A DNA stretch of 64,000 nucleotides from Felis catus. Lineage: Eukaryota. This document shows, one piece after another, positions 39,095 to 51,800 of the stretch. A program made the translations under genes and the position numbers. The DNA is taken from positions 122,078,001-122,142,000 of the forward strand of contig NC_058386.1 in NCBI RefSeq assembly GCF_018350175.1, in the 5' to 3' direction. How positions within the stretch are numbered: the stretch's first letter is position 1; each line of letters begins with the position of its first letter. The notes beneath the pieces are model-generated. The model searched no databases. It was given only the letters and a program-made list of their open reading frames with translations, and was not told where the DNA came from.

Positions 39095-40458
39095 TCAGGC
39101 CCGCTCTTCCTCATGGCTCACAGCCTCTTCGGACAGACACGGAGACCCGGGCTGCCTGCTGTTGACCGCGAGGAAGTGCTGCAGCACTTGCACGCCACTG
39201 GTTTCTGCGTGGGCCCTGGGACCCCACAGGAACTCGTAGCGTGCGGGCTCGCTGCCGGGCACCTGCCGGTACTCCAGGTACCCTTCCTGCACCCAGACGT
39301 CGGTCAGCAGCTCCCTGGGCTCCCCATAGAATACGTGCTCCCTGCCGGCATACACCCCCATGACCCCCAGCGCTTCCCACACCGCCTCCTCAGGGGCACG
39401 GTCCTCCTCCAGGAGGATCACCCACAGGACCAGCACCAGGAGGCTGGTCTTGGGCATGCCGTTCCTACCACTCGGCGTCCCATCGCAGCTGAGGCCCAGG
39501 ATGCTGACCAGGACGTAGGAGCCCTCGCGGGGGTCCACTTCCTTCACGTCGACTCCAAAGACCAGCTGCAGATACTCGCAGGCTCGGCGGAAGATCACGG
39601 GGAAGCGGTCCTGGTCATCTTGGCTAACCGCCGCCAGCATCTCCGCCCGTGTGGTCGGCTGCTTGGTGCGATACTTGAGGAGCAGAAGCAGCACCAGGCT
39701 GGCCACCTTCACGCGGAGAGCATCTGGGAGCGAGGCCTGGGCCCCTGCCGGGGCCCCCCAGGTGCTCGACCCCTCCTCATCGGGGCTGCTGGAGCCCTGG
39801 TGGGACTGGCTCCCCGAAGCGCCTGCCATGGCCCTGGGGGAGGGGCAGGAGCTCCGAGGGCTCTGGGGAGGACTCGGGGACCCGGCAGCAGCAGACCCCT
39901 CCTCCAGGGGGACCAGAATGAGGACAGAGCAGGAGGAGGACAGGGAGGAAGAGGAGGAGGAGGAGGAGGAGGGAGATGGGTACCCCCCCTCCTCCTCCTC
40001 TGCTTTCTCCTCCTCCAACTCCACCTCCTCTTCCAACTCCTCCTCTTCCTCCGACTCCACCTCCTCCACCTCCAACTCCACCTCCAACTCCACCTCCAAC
40101 TCCTCCTCTTCCAACTCCTTTTCCTCGGACTCCACCTCCTCCACCTCCACCTCCCCACCTCCACCTCCACCTCCTCCACCTCAACCTCCACCTCCAAATC
40201 CACTTCTTCCACCTCCTCCTCCTCCTCCACCTTCTCCTCCTTCAACTCCACCTCCTCCACCTCCTCCTCCTCCAAATCCACCTCCTCCACCTCCTCCAAC
40301 TCCACCTCCTCCTTCTTCAACTCCACCTCCTCCTTCTTCAACTCCACCTCCTCCACCTCCGTGTCCTCAGGCTCTGGCAGCGGTGCATCCCATGGCAGCG
40401 GGACCTCTCTTGGCTCCTCCTTAAGCTTGCAGAGCTCACTCCTCTGACGCAGGGGCAT
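39095..40458 (-). CDS. MAGE-A-like protein with poly-Glu/Val N-terminal tract, copy 1 (one 1-nt frameshift at ~40154 as assembled)
   Basis: Acceptor ctgtcttcag then ATG MPLRQRSELCKLKEE (MAGE-A-type start). Complete MAGE homology domain (LLLKYRTKQP...FGVDVKEVDP...GMPKTSLL...YGEPRELLT...YLEYRQVPGSEPARYEFLWGPRAHAETS). Span 1364 nt = 3n+2, with the break inside the CTC/CAC repeat. Confidence 0.85.
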
Positions 40459-40479
40459 GATGGTCGCCAAACCCTGAAG

Positions 40480-42800
40480 ACAGAAGAGGGGTGGCTCCTC
40501 AGGGGGAGGCCCAGCCCACCCAGACCCCGAGCTCCCAGGCCTGAGAGCGGGGCCGCGTGGGGGTTGGGGGCCGAGGGGTCCCCTCTGGGGTGGGATGGGC
40601 GAGCCCCCGGCCCCACGCGCGGAGCACGCACCTCGCCTGGACAACCGACTGGCACGCGGCCTCGCCTCCTCTGCTCTGTGACCTCAGGACTCCTGCCTCA
40701 GACCAAGGCCTCAACTGCAGAGCTCGCAGAGCCCCTGGAAGAGGGAGGGATGGAGGGAGGGAGGGGGGGAAGGAGGGGGCGCCTCAGGGTCTCAGGGTGG
40801 GTGCAGACCGCGAGCACCGCCCCGGGCCCCCACCCCCCACTGCGGCCAGGAGATTCTGGCCAGGACTCTGGGCGGCCCCGCCCCGGGAGCCCCCACCCCC
40901 CACCCCCCATCCAGCCTGGGCCTGCCCCTTCCGGGCCTCCCCTGACAGCCAGAGCGGACCCGAGCGGCAGGGCAGGCCTGGGCCCTACGCAGGTGTCCTG
41001 GGCTGGGAGGCAGCGCCTCCTCTCTCCCCTGCACCCCGGCCAGGGCCCTGGATCCTGCCTCGGCTGACCGGGGTCCAGCCCCGCACACCAAGGCCCTCCC
41101 CTCGCCCAGACCCACCGCGGGGGCGGCTTTCCGAGGGCGGACCCCGGGGCTGGGGTCCAAGGGGCCTCCGGCCGTCCTCCCGCAGGGCTCTCCCGGGGAG
41201 CCCCGGGCCCGCTGCCTCCCACCAGAGCCCTCACGGCCCGGCGAGGTCCGGGCCAAGGCGGCTGGCGTCGCACGAGGCGACCAAGTCCGGGGAGGCCCGG
41301 GGCCGATGGCGGGGGGCTCACGTGGCTTCCTTGGGGTCCCTCAGCCCTATCCTCTCGTCCCCATCCGGACTCCCTGGGCGGCCTGGGCCTCGGGCTCTGC
41401 CGCCTGACGCCGGCTCCTCGCGCGCAACCAGCTCTCAGTCGGGCTGGGACCCAGAGCCCGAGTCCGCCCACGCCGCACGCCCTGGTCACAGTCGTCGTGG
41501 TCGCGCCACCCTGCGGCCTCCACCGCCGCCCCCACCGCCGCACTCATTCCCCTCTGGGTCCCGGCTCCCTCGCTCCTCCCTCTGGGCCTCACCTCGAAGC
41601 CCACGAGGCTCTGCGCCCTTCCCGCGCCTGACGGGATTCGAGGCGCGGCCGGAAGACGCCGACGCCCACGCCGACGCCCACGCCGACGCCGAGGCCCCCT
41701 CGCCACGCCCCGCCCCGCCAGTCTCTTGAGACCCGGATGCGGAAGTCCAGACACCCCGCGGGGCCTCATTCCCACTAGGCGCTTCCCTAGGCTGCCGCTA
41801 GGGGTCGCCTTCCGGGCCGGGGCCGGGGCCTGGGTTCTGGGGGGCCAGAGTCCCTCCCTCGGTGTTCCCTCCGTGGCCTCCTGCACCCCGGGGATGGCCT
41901 GTGCGCGTGGCCGCTGACGATGGGAACTCGTGCCCCTCAGACCGGGGTCCGAAGGTCTCTGGGACGCACCGCCCAGGCTCAGTGACGGGGCGCCCGCCAC
42001 CTCCTGCCACCCGATGCAGGGGCTCCCTGGGCCTGCGGCACGGACTGACTTCGTAGCTCTGGGCTGGGGTGGACCTGGTCTCCTGACAGCACCTGGGCCC
42101 TCCTCCCGTCTGCCCACCGGAGCGGCTGCTCCCGACAGACAGCGGGTCCTCGGTTCTCCCCAGCTCACCCATCCGACCCCCACTCCCCCGTCCAGGTGAT
42201 CCGAGACCTGGATGCCCAAGTCCAGCCTCGCCCAGTGTCCCCATCCCTCCCGGGGGCCTGCGCGGACTGACTCTGTTGTGGGGTCCAGGCTCCTTTGCCT
42301 GCAGGTCCCTCTGTTCCTCATTAGGAATCGCCCCGGGACACGGGCCCTGCCCTCTGCCCACCTGAGGTATCCCAGCCACCCCCCGCCCCCTGCGCCTCCT
42401 CCGGTGTCTCTGAGACCCGGCTGCGGAAGTCTGGCCCGACTCTCCTCCGCGAGTCCCCATGCCTCCCAAGGGCCCTTCTCAGAAGGCCTGAGGTCTTGAA
42501 CTTTGGGACGTCCCCTCTGTCCTGGGGACCCGAGTCCCTCAGTCCTCCCTCTGACCCCCACCTGGACACCGTGGCCCCGTCCTGTGTCCCTGCCCTTTCC
42601 TGACCTAGGATCCTGTCCCTCACCCCAAGGTCCTCAGCTTCCTCAGATCCCCGAGGCACAGTTGAGTGGACGGGGCCTGCGGCCACCCTCTACACGTACC
42701 CCGGCACCGAGGCCCAGGCTGATCTCCTCTCCCCGGGGCGGGATGGGCCCTGCGGATCTCCATGAAGTCCCGACACCTGCTGCAGAGGAGCCTGGGCCCG
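40480..42800 (-). promoter_or_regulatory. CpG-rich MAGE 5' region (introns, non-coding exons, promoter) with CGGAAGT ETS sites, copy 1
   Basis: CpG-island composition; gcggaagt at ~41739 and ~42423 within repeated gagacccgg(a/c)tgcggaagtc modules. Confidence 0.65.
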
Positions 42801-42801
42801 T

Positions 42802-45800
42802 CCCCCCTATTATTCCTGCCGCCCCGCCACACACACTTCCGACTTTTCTCTCTTCCAACTGTTCCTGCTGGTTACTTGGTCCTGCTCAGATAGGCCTGAA
42901 CAAAGCCTCCTGTTTTCTTGCTCCTAGGACAAGTTGTCCTCAGAGGAGGGTCTCAGTTGGTAGCCCCCCTTCTATTCCTCCCCCCTCTCTTCTTGCTTTG
43001 GTCTCTTCTAGCTGTTCTTGCTGGTTGGTTGGTTCTGCTCCGACAGGGCCCCATCAAAGTGTTCTATTTTCTTGACCCCATGTCAAGTTGTCCTCAGAGT
43101 ACTGTTGCAGTTGGTAGCGCCCCCCCCATTTATTCCTGCCGCACCCCCACCCCCCACACACACATTTCTTGCTTTGGTCTCTTCCAACTGTAATCACTGG
43201 TGTGTTGGTCATGCTCAGATATGTCCCAGCAAAGAGTCCTGTTGCCTTGTCCCCAACACAAGTTGTCCTCAGAGTAGGGACTCAGTTGGCAGCCCCCCTA
43301 TTACTCCTGCTCCCTCCCACTTACTGGTTTGGTCTCTTCCAACGATTCCTGATGTGTAGTTGGTCCTGCTCAACAGGCCCCAATAAAGAGTCCTGTTTTC
43401 TTGCCCCCTGGGTCAAGTAGTGTTCCAAGTAGGGTCTCAGTTACTAGGCCCCTTTCATTCCTGCTCACCACACTTCCTGCTTTGGTCTCTTCCAACTCTT
43501 CCTGCTGGTTCGATGGTCCTACTCAGATTGGCTCCAAATAAGAGTCTTAATTTACTTGCCCGCTTTGTCCAATTGTTCTCAGAGTATGGTCTCAGCTGGT
43601 AGCCCCCTTTTATTCCTGCCCCCCAATTCCTGCTTTGGCCTCTTCCGACTGTTCCCACTGGTTAGTTGGTCCTACTCACATTGGCCCCCAAAGAGTCCTA
43701 TTATCTTGCCGCCAGGTTAAGTTGTCAGAATTGGGTCCCATTTGGCAGCCCCCCTCTTATCCCCCCCTCCATTCCCGTTTGGTTCTCTTCCAAAGGCTCC
43801 TGCTGCTTATTTGCTCCTGCTCAGATAGGACCGAACAAACAGTCTTGTTTTCTTACCATCTAGATCAAGTTGTCCCCAGAGTAGGGTCTTACTTGGTAGC
43901 CCCCCTTTTTTTCCTGCCCTCCCACTCTGTCTACTTGGGTCTCTTCCAACGGTTCCTGCTTGTTACTTGGTCCTGCTCAGATAGGGCCCAACAAAGAGTC
44001 CTATTTTCTTTCCCCCAGGTCAAGTGGTCATCAGAGTAGGGAGTCGGTTGGTGCCCCCCCTTTTATTCCTATTGCCCACCCCACACTTCCTGCTTCAGTC
44101 TTTTCAACCTGTTCCTGCTGGTTAATTGGTCCTGCTCAGATAGGCCCCAACTACGAGTCCTATTTTTATTCCACTAGGTCAAGTTGACCTCAGAGTAGGA
44201 TTTCAGGTGGTAGCCTCCCCTTTTATTCCTGCCTCCCCCTTCCTGCTTTGGTCTCTTCCAACTGTTCCTATAGGTTAGTTTGTCCTGCTTGTATGTGTCT
44301 CAACAAAGAATCCTATTTTCCTGCCCCTAGGACAAGTTGTCCTCACAGTTGTGTTTAATTTGGCACCCCCCTTTTGTACCTGCTGACCACGCCACCCCCC
44401 CCCACACACACACTTCCTGGTTTGGCCTCTTTCAACTGCTCCTGCTGATTAGTTGGTCTTGTTCAGGTAAGGCCCAACAAAAAGTCCTGTTTCCTTGGCC
44501 CCAGGTCAAGTTGTCCTCAGAGTTGGGTTTAAGTTTGTAGGCCCCCTTTTATTGCCCCCCCTACACTTCTCACTTTGGTCTCTTTCATCTCTTCCTGCTG
44601 GTTAGTTGGCCCTGCTCAGATTGGCTGCACCAGGATTCCTGTTTTCTTTCCCCCCAGGTCAAGTTGTCTCCAGAGTAGGGTCTTAGTTGGTAGCCCCCTT
44701 TTATTCCCGATCCACCCAGTTCCTGCTTTGGTATCTTCCAAGTGTTCCTTCTCAAGTAAGCTGCAAGAAACAGTCCTAATTTCATGCCCCTAGGTCACTT
44801 TGTTCTCAGCATCTGGTTTAATTTGGTAGTCCCCTTTATATTCCTGCCACTCCTCCAAACACACTTCCTGGTTTGGTCTCTTCCAACTGTTCCTGCTGGT
44901 TAGTTGGTCCAGCTCACATAGGCACGAACCAAGAGTCCTCTTTTCTTGCCCCCGAGGTCACGTTGTCCTCAGAGTAGGGTGTGGTTTGGTTGCCTCCCTT
45001 TTTTCCTGCCCCCCCCCACTTCCTGCTTTGGTCCATTCCAACTGCTCTATTGGTTACTTGGTCCTGCTCACATGGGCCACAAAAGGGAGTCCTGTTTTCT
45101 TGCCCCCAGGCCAAGTCGTCCTCAGATTAGGGTCTCAGTTGGTAGCCCCCGTTTATACCTGCCCTGGCAAACTTCTCGCTTTGGTCTCTTCAAGTACTTC
45201 TGGTGGCTAGTTGGTCCTGGTCAGATAGGCCCCAACAAAGAGCCCTGTTTACTTGCCCCAGTTCAAGTTGTCCTCAGAGTAGGGTCTTCGTTGGTAGCCC
45301 CCCTTTTACTCATGCCTCCCACACTTCCTGCTTTGGTGTCTTCCAGCTCTTCCTGCTGATTAGGTAGTACCGCTCAGATAGGCCAGAAGGAAGAACCCTG
45401 GTTTCTTGCCCCCCAGGTCACGTTGTCCATAGAGTAGGATCTCAGTTGGTGTCCACTTTTATTCCTGCCCCCCTATTTCCTGCTTTGATCTCGTCCAACT
45501 GTTCCTGCTCGTTAGTTGGTCCGACTCAGATAGGCCCCAATAAGAGACATGTTTTCTTGCCTCGTGTGTCAAGTTGTCCACAGGGTAGCATCTCAATTTG
45601 TAGCCCCCCATTTGTTCCTGCCCCCCCCACCTTCCTGGTTTGGTCCTTCCAGATTTTATTGCTGGTTGGTTGGTCCTGCTCAGATAGGCCACAACAAAAA
45701 GTCCTATTTTCTTGCCACCAAGTCAACTTGTCCTCAGAGTAGGATTTCAGTTTGTAGTCCCCCTTTTATTCCCTCCCCACCTCACTTCCTGCTTTGGTCT

Positions 45801-48800
45801 CTTCCAACTGTTCCTGCTGGTTAGTTCGTCCTTATCAGATAGGTCCCAACAAAGAGCCCTGTTTTCTTGCCCCCTAGATCAAGTTGCCCTCAGAGTATGG
45901 TCTCAGTTACTAGCCCCCCCTTTTATTCCTGCCCCCCACACTTCCTGCATTAGTCTCTTCCAACTGTTCCTGCTGGGTAGACATCAATCTCAGATAGGAC
46001 CCCCCAAAATGTCCTGTTTTATGGCCCCCAGAGTCAAGCTGTCCTCAGAGTACGGTCTCAGTTGGGAGCACCATTTTTATTGCTGCCCCCCCGACACTTC
46101 CCGCTTTGGACTGTTCCAACCCTTCCTGCTGGTATAGTTGGTACTGCTCAGATAGGCCCCATCAAAGAAACATATTTTCTGCCTCCTAGGTAAAGTTGTT
46201 TCCAGAGTAGGGTCTTAGTTGGTAGCACCCCTTTTATAGCTCCCCCCCGCCCCGCCACCACTTCTCAATTTGGTCTCTTGCAACTGTTCCTTTATCCTGC
46301 TCAGATAGGCCCCAACAAAGAGTCCTATTTTCATGCCCCTAGGTCAAGCTGTCCTCAAAGTAGGGTTTAAATGGTAGCCCCCTTTTTATTCCTGCCACCA
46401 CCACCCCCAACACACAGTTCCTGCTTTGTTCTCTTCCAACTCTTACTACTGGTTAGTCGGTACTGCTCAGATAGGCCCCAAAATAATCGTGTTTCCTTGC
46501 CCCCAGGTCAAGTTGTTCTCAGAGTTGGGTATAAGGTGGTAGCCCCCGCTTTTATTCCTGTACCTCACACACGTCCCTTCTTGGCCTCTTCCAACTTCTC
46601 CTGTTAGTTAGTTGGTCCTGCTCAGATAGGCCCCAACAAAAAGTCCTGTTTTCTTACCCCCAGATTAACTTGCCCTCAGAGTACTGTCTCCATTGGTAGC
46701 CCCCTTTTTATTCCTGTCCCACAACGCTTCTTGCTCTGGTCTCTTCCAACTGTTCCTGCTGGTGAGTGCGTCTTCTCAGCCCCGAAGAAAGAGTCCCGTT
46801 TCTTGCCCCCAAGGTCAAGTTGTCCTCAGAGTAGGGTCTGACTTGGTTGCCCCTGTTTTATGTCTGAACCCCCACACTTCTCGCTTTGGTCTCTTCCAAC
46901 TCTTCCCGCTGATTAGTTGATCCTGCTCAGAGAGGCCCAGACCAAGTTTCCTGTTTTGTTGCCCCCCAGGTCAAGTTGTCCTCAGAGTAGGGTCTCAGTT
47001 GGTTGCCACCATTTTATTTCTTCCCCCCCCCCCAATTCCCACTTTGGCCTCTTCAAACTGTTCTTGTGGGTTAGTTGGTCCTGCTCAGATAGGCCCCCCA
47101 AGAGTCCTGATTTATTGCCCCTAGGTCAAGTTGTCCTCAGAGTAGGATCTGAGTTCGTAGACCCCCTTTGATTCCTGCTCCCCCCCCACACACACTTCCC
47201 ACATCGGTGTGCTCCAACTGTACCCGCTGGTTGGTTGGTCCTGCTCAGATAGGCCCCACCAAGAGTCCTGTTTTCTTGATCCCTAATTCAAATTGTCCCC
47301 AGGGTAGTGTCTCAGTTTGAAGCCCCCCTTTTATTCCCTCCCCCACCACTTCCCGCTTTGATCCCTACCAACTACTCCTGCTGCTTAGTTGGTACTTCTC
47401 AGATAGGCCCCAGTAAAGAGTCCTATTTTCCTGCTCCAGGCCACATTGTCCTCAGAGTAGGGTCTCAGTCCATAGGCCCCTTTGAAGCCAACACCCCTCT
47501 TTGGTCTCTTCCAAATTCTCCTGCTGGTTAGTTGGTCCTGGTCAGATAGGCCCTAACAAAGAGTCCTGTTCTCTTGTTCCAGGTTGTCCTCAGAGGAGGG
47601 TGTAAATTGGTAGCCCCACTTTTATTGCTGTCCCCCCCACATGTCCCACTGTGGTCTGCTCCAACTGTTCCTGCTGGTTTGTCGGTCCTGCTTAGATAGT
47701 CCTCCACAAAGAGTCCTGTTCTTGCCCTCGAGGTCAAGTTTTCCCCAGAGTATGGTCTCAGTTGGTAGCCTCCCGTTTCATTCCTTCCTCCCCACACTTT
47801 CTGCTTGGGTCTCTAACAACCGTTCCTGCTGGTTAGCTGGTCCTGCTTAGATAGGCCCCGCAAAAGAGTCCTGTTTACTTGCCCCCAAGGTCATGTTGTC
47901 CTCAGAGTAGTGTGTCAGTTAGGAGCCCTCCTTTTATTAATGCCCCTCCCAACTGCCACTTCCCACTTTGGTCTCTTCCAAGTGTTCCTGGCGGTGAGTT
48001 GTTCCCTTTTTAGATAGGTCCCAACAAAGAGTCCTGTTTTCTTGTCCCCAGGTCAAGGTGTCCTTAGAGTTGGATTTAAGTTGGTAGTCCCCCTTTTATT
48101 CCTGCACCCCACACACTTCCCTCCTTGGTCTCTTGCAACCTCTTCTGTTGGTTAGTTTGTCCTACTCAGGTAGGGCCCAACAAAGTGTCCTATTTTGTTG
48201 CCCCCTAGAAAATGTTGTCCCCAGAGTAGGGTCTCATTTGTAGCGTCCTTTTCATTCCTGCCCCCCTGCAATTCCTATCTCTTCCAACTGTTCCTGCTGG
48301 TTAGTTGGTCTTGCTCAGATAGGCCCAAAGAATAAGTCATGTTTCCTTGCCCCCAGGTAAATTGTCCTCAGAGTTGGGTTTAAGTTCGTAGCCCACCTTG
48401 TTTCCTGCACCCCACACGCTTCCCTCCTTGGTCTCGTCCAACCGCTCCTGTTGGGAAGTTTGTCCTGCTCATATAGGGCCCAACAAAGAGTCCTATTTTC
48501 TCTCCCCTAGGTCATGTTGTCCCCAGAGTTGGTTCTCATTTGTAGCCTCCCTTTTTATTCCTGCTCCTCCCATTCCCGCTTTGTTCTCTTCCAACACTTC
48601 CTGCTGTTTAGTTGGTCCTGCTCAGATAGGCCCCAAGAATAAGTCATGTTTTCTTGCCCCAAAGTAAGTTGTCCTCAGAGTTGGGTTTAAGATGGTAGCA
48701 CCCCTTTTATTCCTGCACCACACACAATTCCCTCCTTGGTTTCTTCCAAAATTCTCCTTGGGGTTACTTGGTCCTGCTCAGATACGCCCAAAGAAAGAGT

Positions 48801-51800
48801 CTTGTTTTCTTGCCCCCTAGGTCAGGTTGTCCCCAGAGTAGGGTCTTAGTTTGTCGCCCCTCCCTTTATTCCGCCCCCCCGCCAACCCCCACACACTTCC
48901 TGCTTTGGTCTCTTCCAACTGTTCCGGGTGGATAGTTTGTCCTGCTTAGATAGGCCCCAACAAAAAGTGCTGTTTTCCTGCCCTCAAATCAAGTTGTCCT
49001 CAGAGTATGATTTCAGTTGGTAGTCCCCCTTTTACTACTGCCACCCCCCGACACACACTTCCTGATTTGGCGTCTTTCAACTGTTCCTACTCGTTAGATG
49101 TTCCTTCTCAGGCCCCAACAATACTCCTGTTTTCTTGCCCCGAGTTCAAGTTGTCCTCAGAGTTGAGTTTCAGTTTGTATCCCCCCCCCCCTTATTCCTG
49201 TTTCCCACATACTTGCCTCTTTGGTCTCTTTCCACTGTTCCTGCTGGTTAGTTGGTCTTGCTCAGAGAGGCCCCACCAAGATTCCTGTTTTGTTTTGTTT
49301 TGTTTCGCTCCCTAGGTCAAGTTGTCCCCAGGGTAGGGTCTCAGATGGTAGCCTCCCCTTTTATTCCTGCCCGCCCACACTTTCTGGTTTGGTCTCTTCC
49401 AACTGTTCCTGCTGGTCACTTGTTCTACCTAGATAGGCCTCAACAAAAATCCTATTTTCCTGCGGCCTAGATCAAGTTGTCGCCAGAGGAGGGTCCTAGT
49501 TGGTAGCCTCCTCTTTGATTTCTGCCCCCCACCCACACACACACTTTCTGCTTGGGTCTCTTCCAAATGTTCCTGCTTCTTAGTTGGACTTGCTCAGATA
49601 GGCCCCAACGAAAAATCCTGTTTTTTTGCGCCCAGGACAAGTTGTCCTCTGAGTTGGGGCTCAGTTGGTAGTACCCATTTTATCCTGCCCCCCACATACT
49701 TTCCGCTTTGGTCTCTTCCATCTGTTCCTGCTGGTTACTTGGTCCTGCTTATATAGCGCTCAACAAAGAGTCCTGTTTTCTTGCCTCCAGGTCAAGTTGT
49801 CCTCAGACTAGGGTTTCAGTTGGTACCCCCTTTTATTCCTGCTTCTCCCCCCCCACACACACACACAGACACATAGTTCCTGCTTCCGACTCTTCCTACT
49901 GTTCCTCCTGGTTAGTTGGTCCTGCTCAGATAGGCCCCAACAAAGAGTCATTTTCTTGCCACCAGGTCAAATTGTCCAGAGTCGGGTTTCAACTGTTAGC
50001 CCCACTTTTTTCCCTGACCCCAATGCTCTTCCAGGTTTGGTCTCTTCCAACTGTTACTGCGAGTTAGTTGGTCCTGCTCACATAGGTCCCACCAAGAGTA
50101 TTGTTTGTTTTATTGCTCCCTAGGTCAAGTTGTCCCCAGAGTAGGGTCTCAGTTGTTAGCCCCCCGTTATTCCTGCCCCCACCCAATTCCCACTTTGGCC
50201 TCTTCCAACAGTTCCTGCTGCTTAGTTGGTCCTGCTCAGATAGGCCCCAAAAAAGAGTCCTATTTTCTTGTCCCCTAAGTCAAGTTGCCCTCAGAGTAGG
50301 GTCTCAGATGATAGCCCCCCTTTTATTTCTGCCTCCTCCCACTTTCTGCTTTGGTCTCTTACAACTATTCCTGATGGTTAGTTGGTCCTACTCAGATGGG
50401 CCCCAAGAAAGAGTCCTCTTTTCTTGCCCCCGAGGCCCAGTTTCCCTCAGAGTAGGGTTTCCTTTGGATGCCCGAGTTTTATTCCTGTTCCACCCAACAC
50501 TTCCCTAGGTGGTCTCTTCAACTACTCAGGCTGGTTAGTTGATCCTGCTAAGATAGGCCCCAGGAAAGAGCCCTGTTTTCTTGCCCCCTAAGTCACACTG
50601 TCTTCAGAGAAGCATATCAGTAGGTAGCCCCCTTTTTATTCCTACCCCGTCCGCACACTTTCTGCTTAGCTGTCTAACACCTGTTCCTACTGGTGAGTTG
50701 GTCCTCCTCAGATGGTCCCTACAAAGTGTCCTATTTTCTTGCCCCCAAGTCAAGTTGTCCTCGGAGTAGGGTTTCAGTTGGTAGGCCCTCTTTTATTCCC
50801 TCTCCCACACTTCCCGCTTCCCTCCCTTCCAACTATTCCTGCTGCTTAGTTGGTCCTGCGCAGATACGCCCAACAGAGAGTCCTAGTTACTTGCCCCCTA
50901 GGTCAAATTGTCCCCAGAGTAAGGTCTTAGTTGTTGGCGTCCCCTTTTATTCCTGCACCCCCTACTTCCTGCTTTGGTCTCTTCCAACAGTTCCTGCTGC
51001 TTACTAGGTCCTGCTCAGGTAGACCCCAATAAAGACTCCTATTTTCTTGCCCCCTGGTCAATTTGTCCTCAAAGTAGGGTTTCAGTTGGCAGCCCCACTT
51101 TTATACCTGCTGCCTCACCCACACAATGCCTGCTTTGGTCGCTTCCAACTGTTCCCTCTAGGTAGTTGGTCCTACTCAGAACCCCCACCCCCCCCAAATT
51201 CCTGTTTCCTTGCCCCCAGGGCATGTTTTCCTCAGAGGTGTGTTTCCGTTGGTAGTCCCCCTTTTATTCCTGCCCCCACACACTTCCCCCTTTGGTCTCT
51301 TCCAACTACTTTGGTAACTTGGTCCTGCTCAGATAGGCCCCAACAAAGAGTCCTGTTTTCTTGGCCCCAGGTTACATGGTCCTCAGAGTAGGGCCTTAGT
51401 TGGTAGCCCCACTTTAATGCTGCCACCCCGCTTCAAGCTCTTGTCTTCTCCAACTGTTCCTGCTGATTAGTTGGGCCTTGTTAGATAGGCTGCAGCAAAG
51501 AGTCCGGTTTCCTTGCCCCCTAGGCCAAGTTGTCCTCAGAGTAGGGTCTCAGTTTGTAGGCCCCCTTTTATTCCTACCTCCTCTGCACACTTTCTGCTTA
51601 GCTGTCTAACAACTGTTCCTACTGGTGAGCTGGTCCTCCTCAGATAGTCCCAACAAAGAGTCCCGTTTTCTCACCCCCATGTCAAGTTGTCTTCAGAGTA
51701 GCGTTTCAGTTTGTAGCCCCCCTTTTATTCTCTCTCCCCCACTTCCTGCTTTGGTCTCTTCCACCTATTCCTGCTGGTTAGTTGGTCTTGCTCAGATAGG

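Noticed and set aside
39095-40458. Specific MAGEA number assignment
   Set aside because: MAGE-A expansions are lineage-specific; orthology cannot be assigned without a phylogeny.
39035-42561. Long antisense/alternate-frame ORFs (470, 363, 390, 404 aa) over MAGE and its CpG island, and their unit-2 twins
   Set aside because: By-products of GC richness and triplet repeats; frames differ between the two copies.
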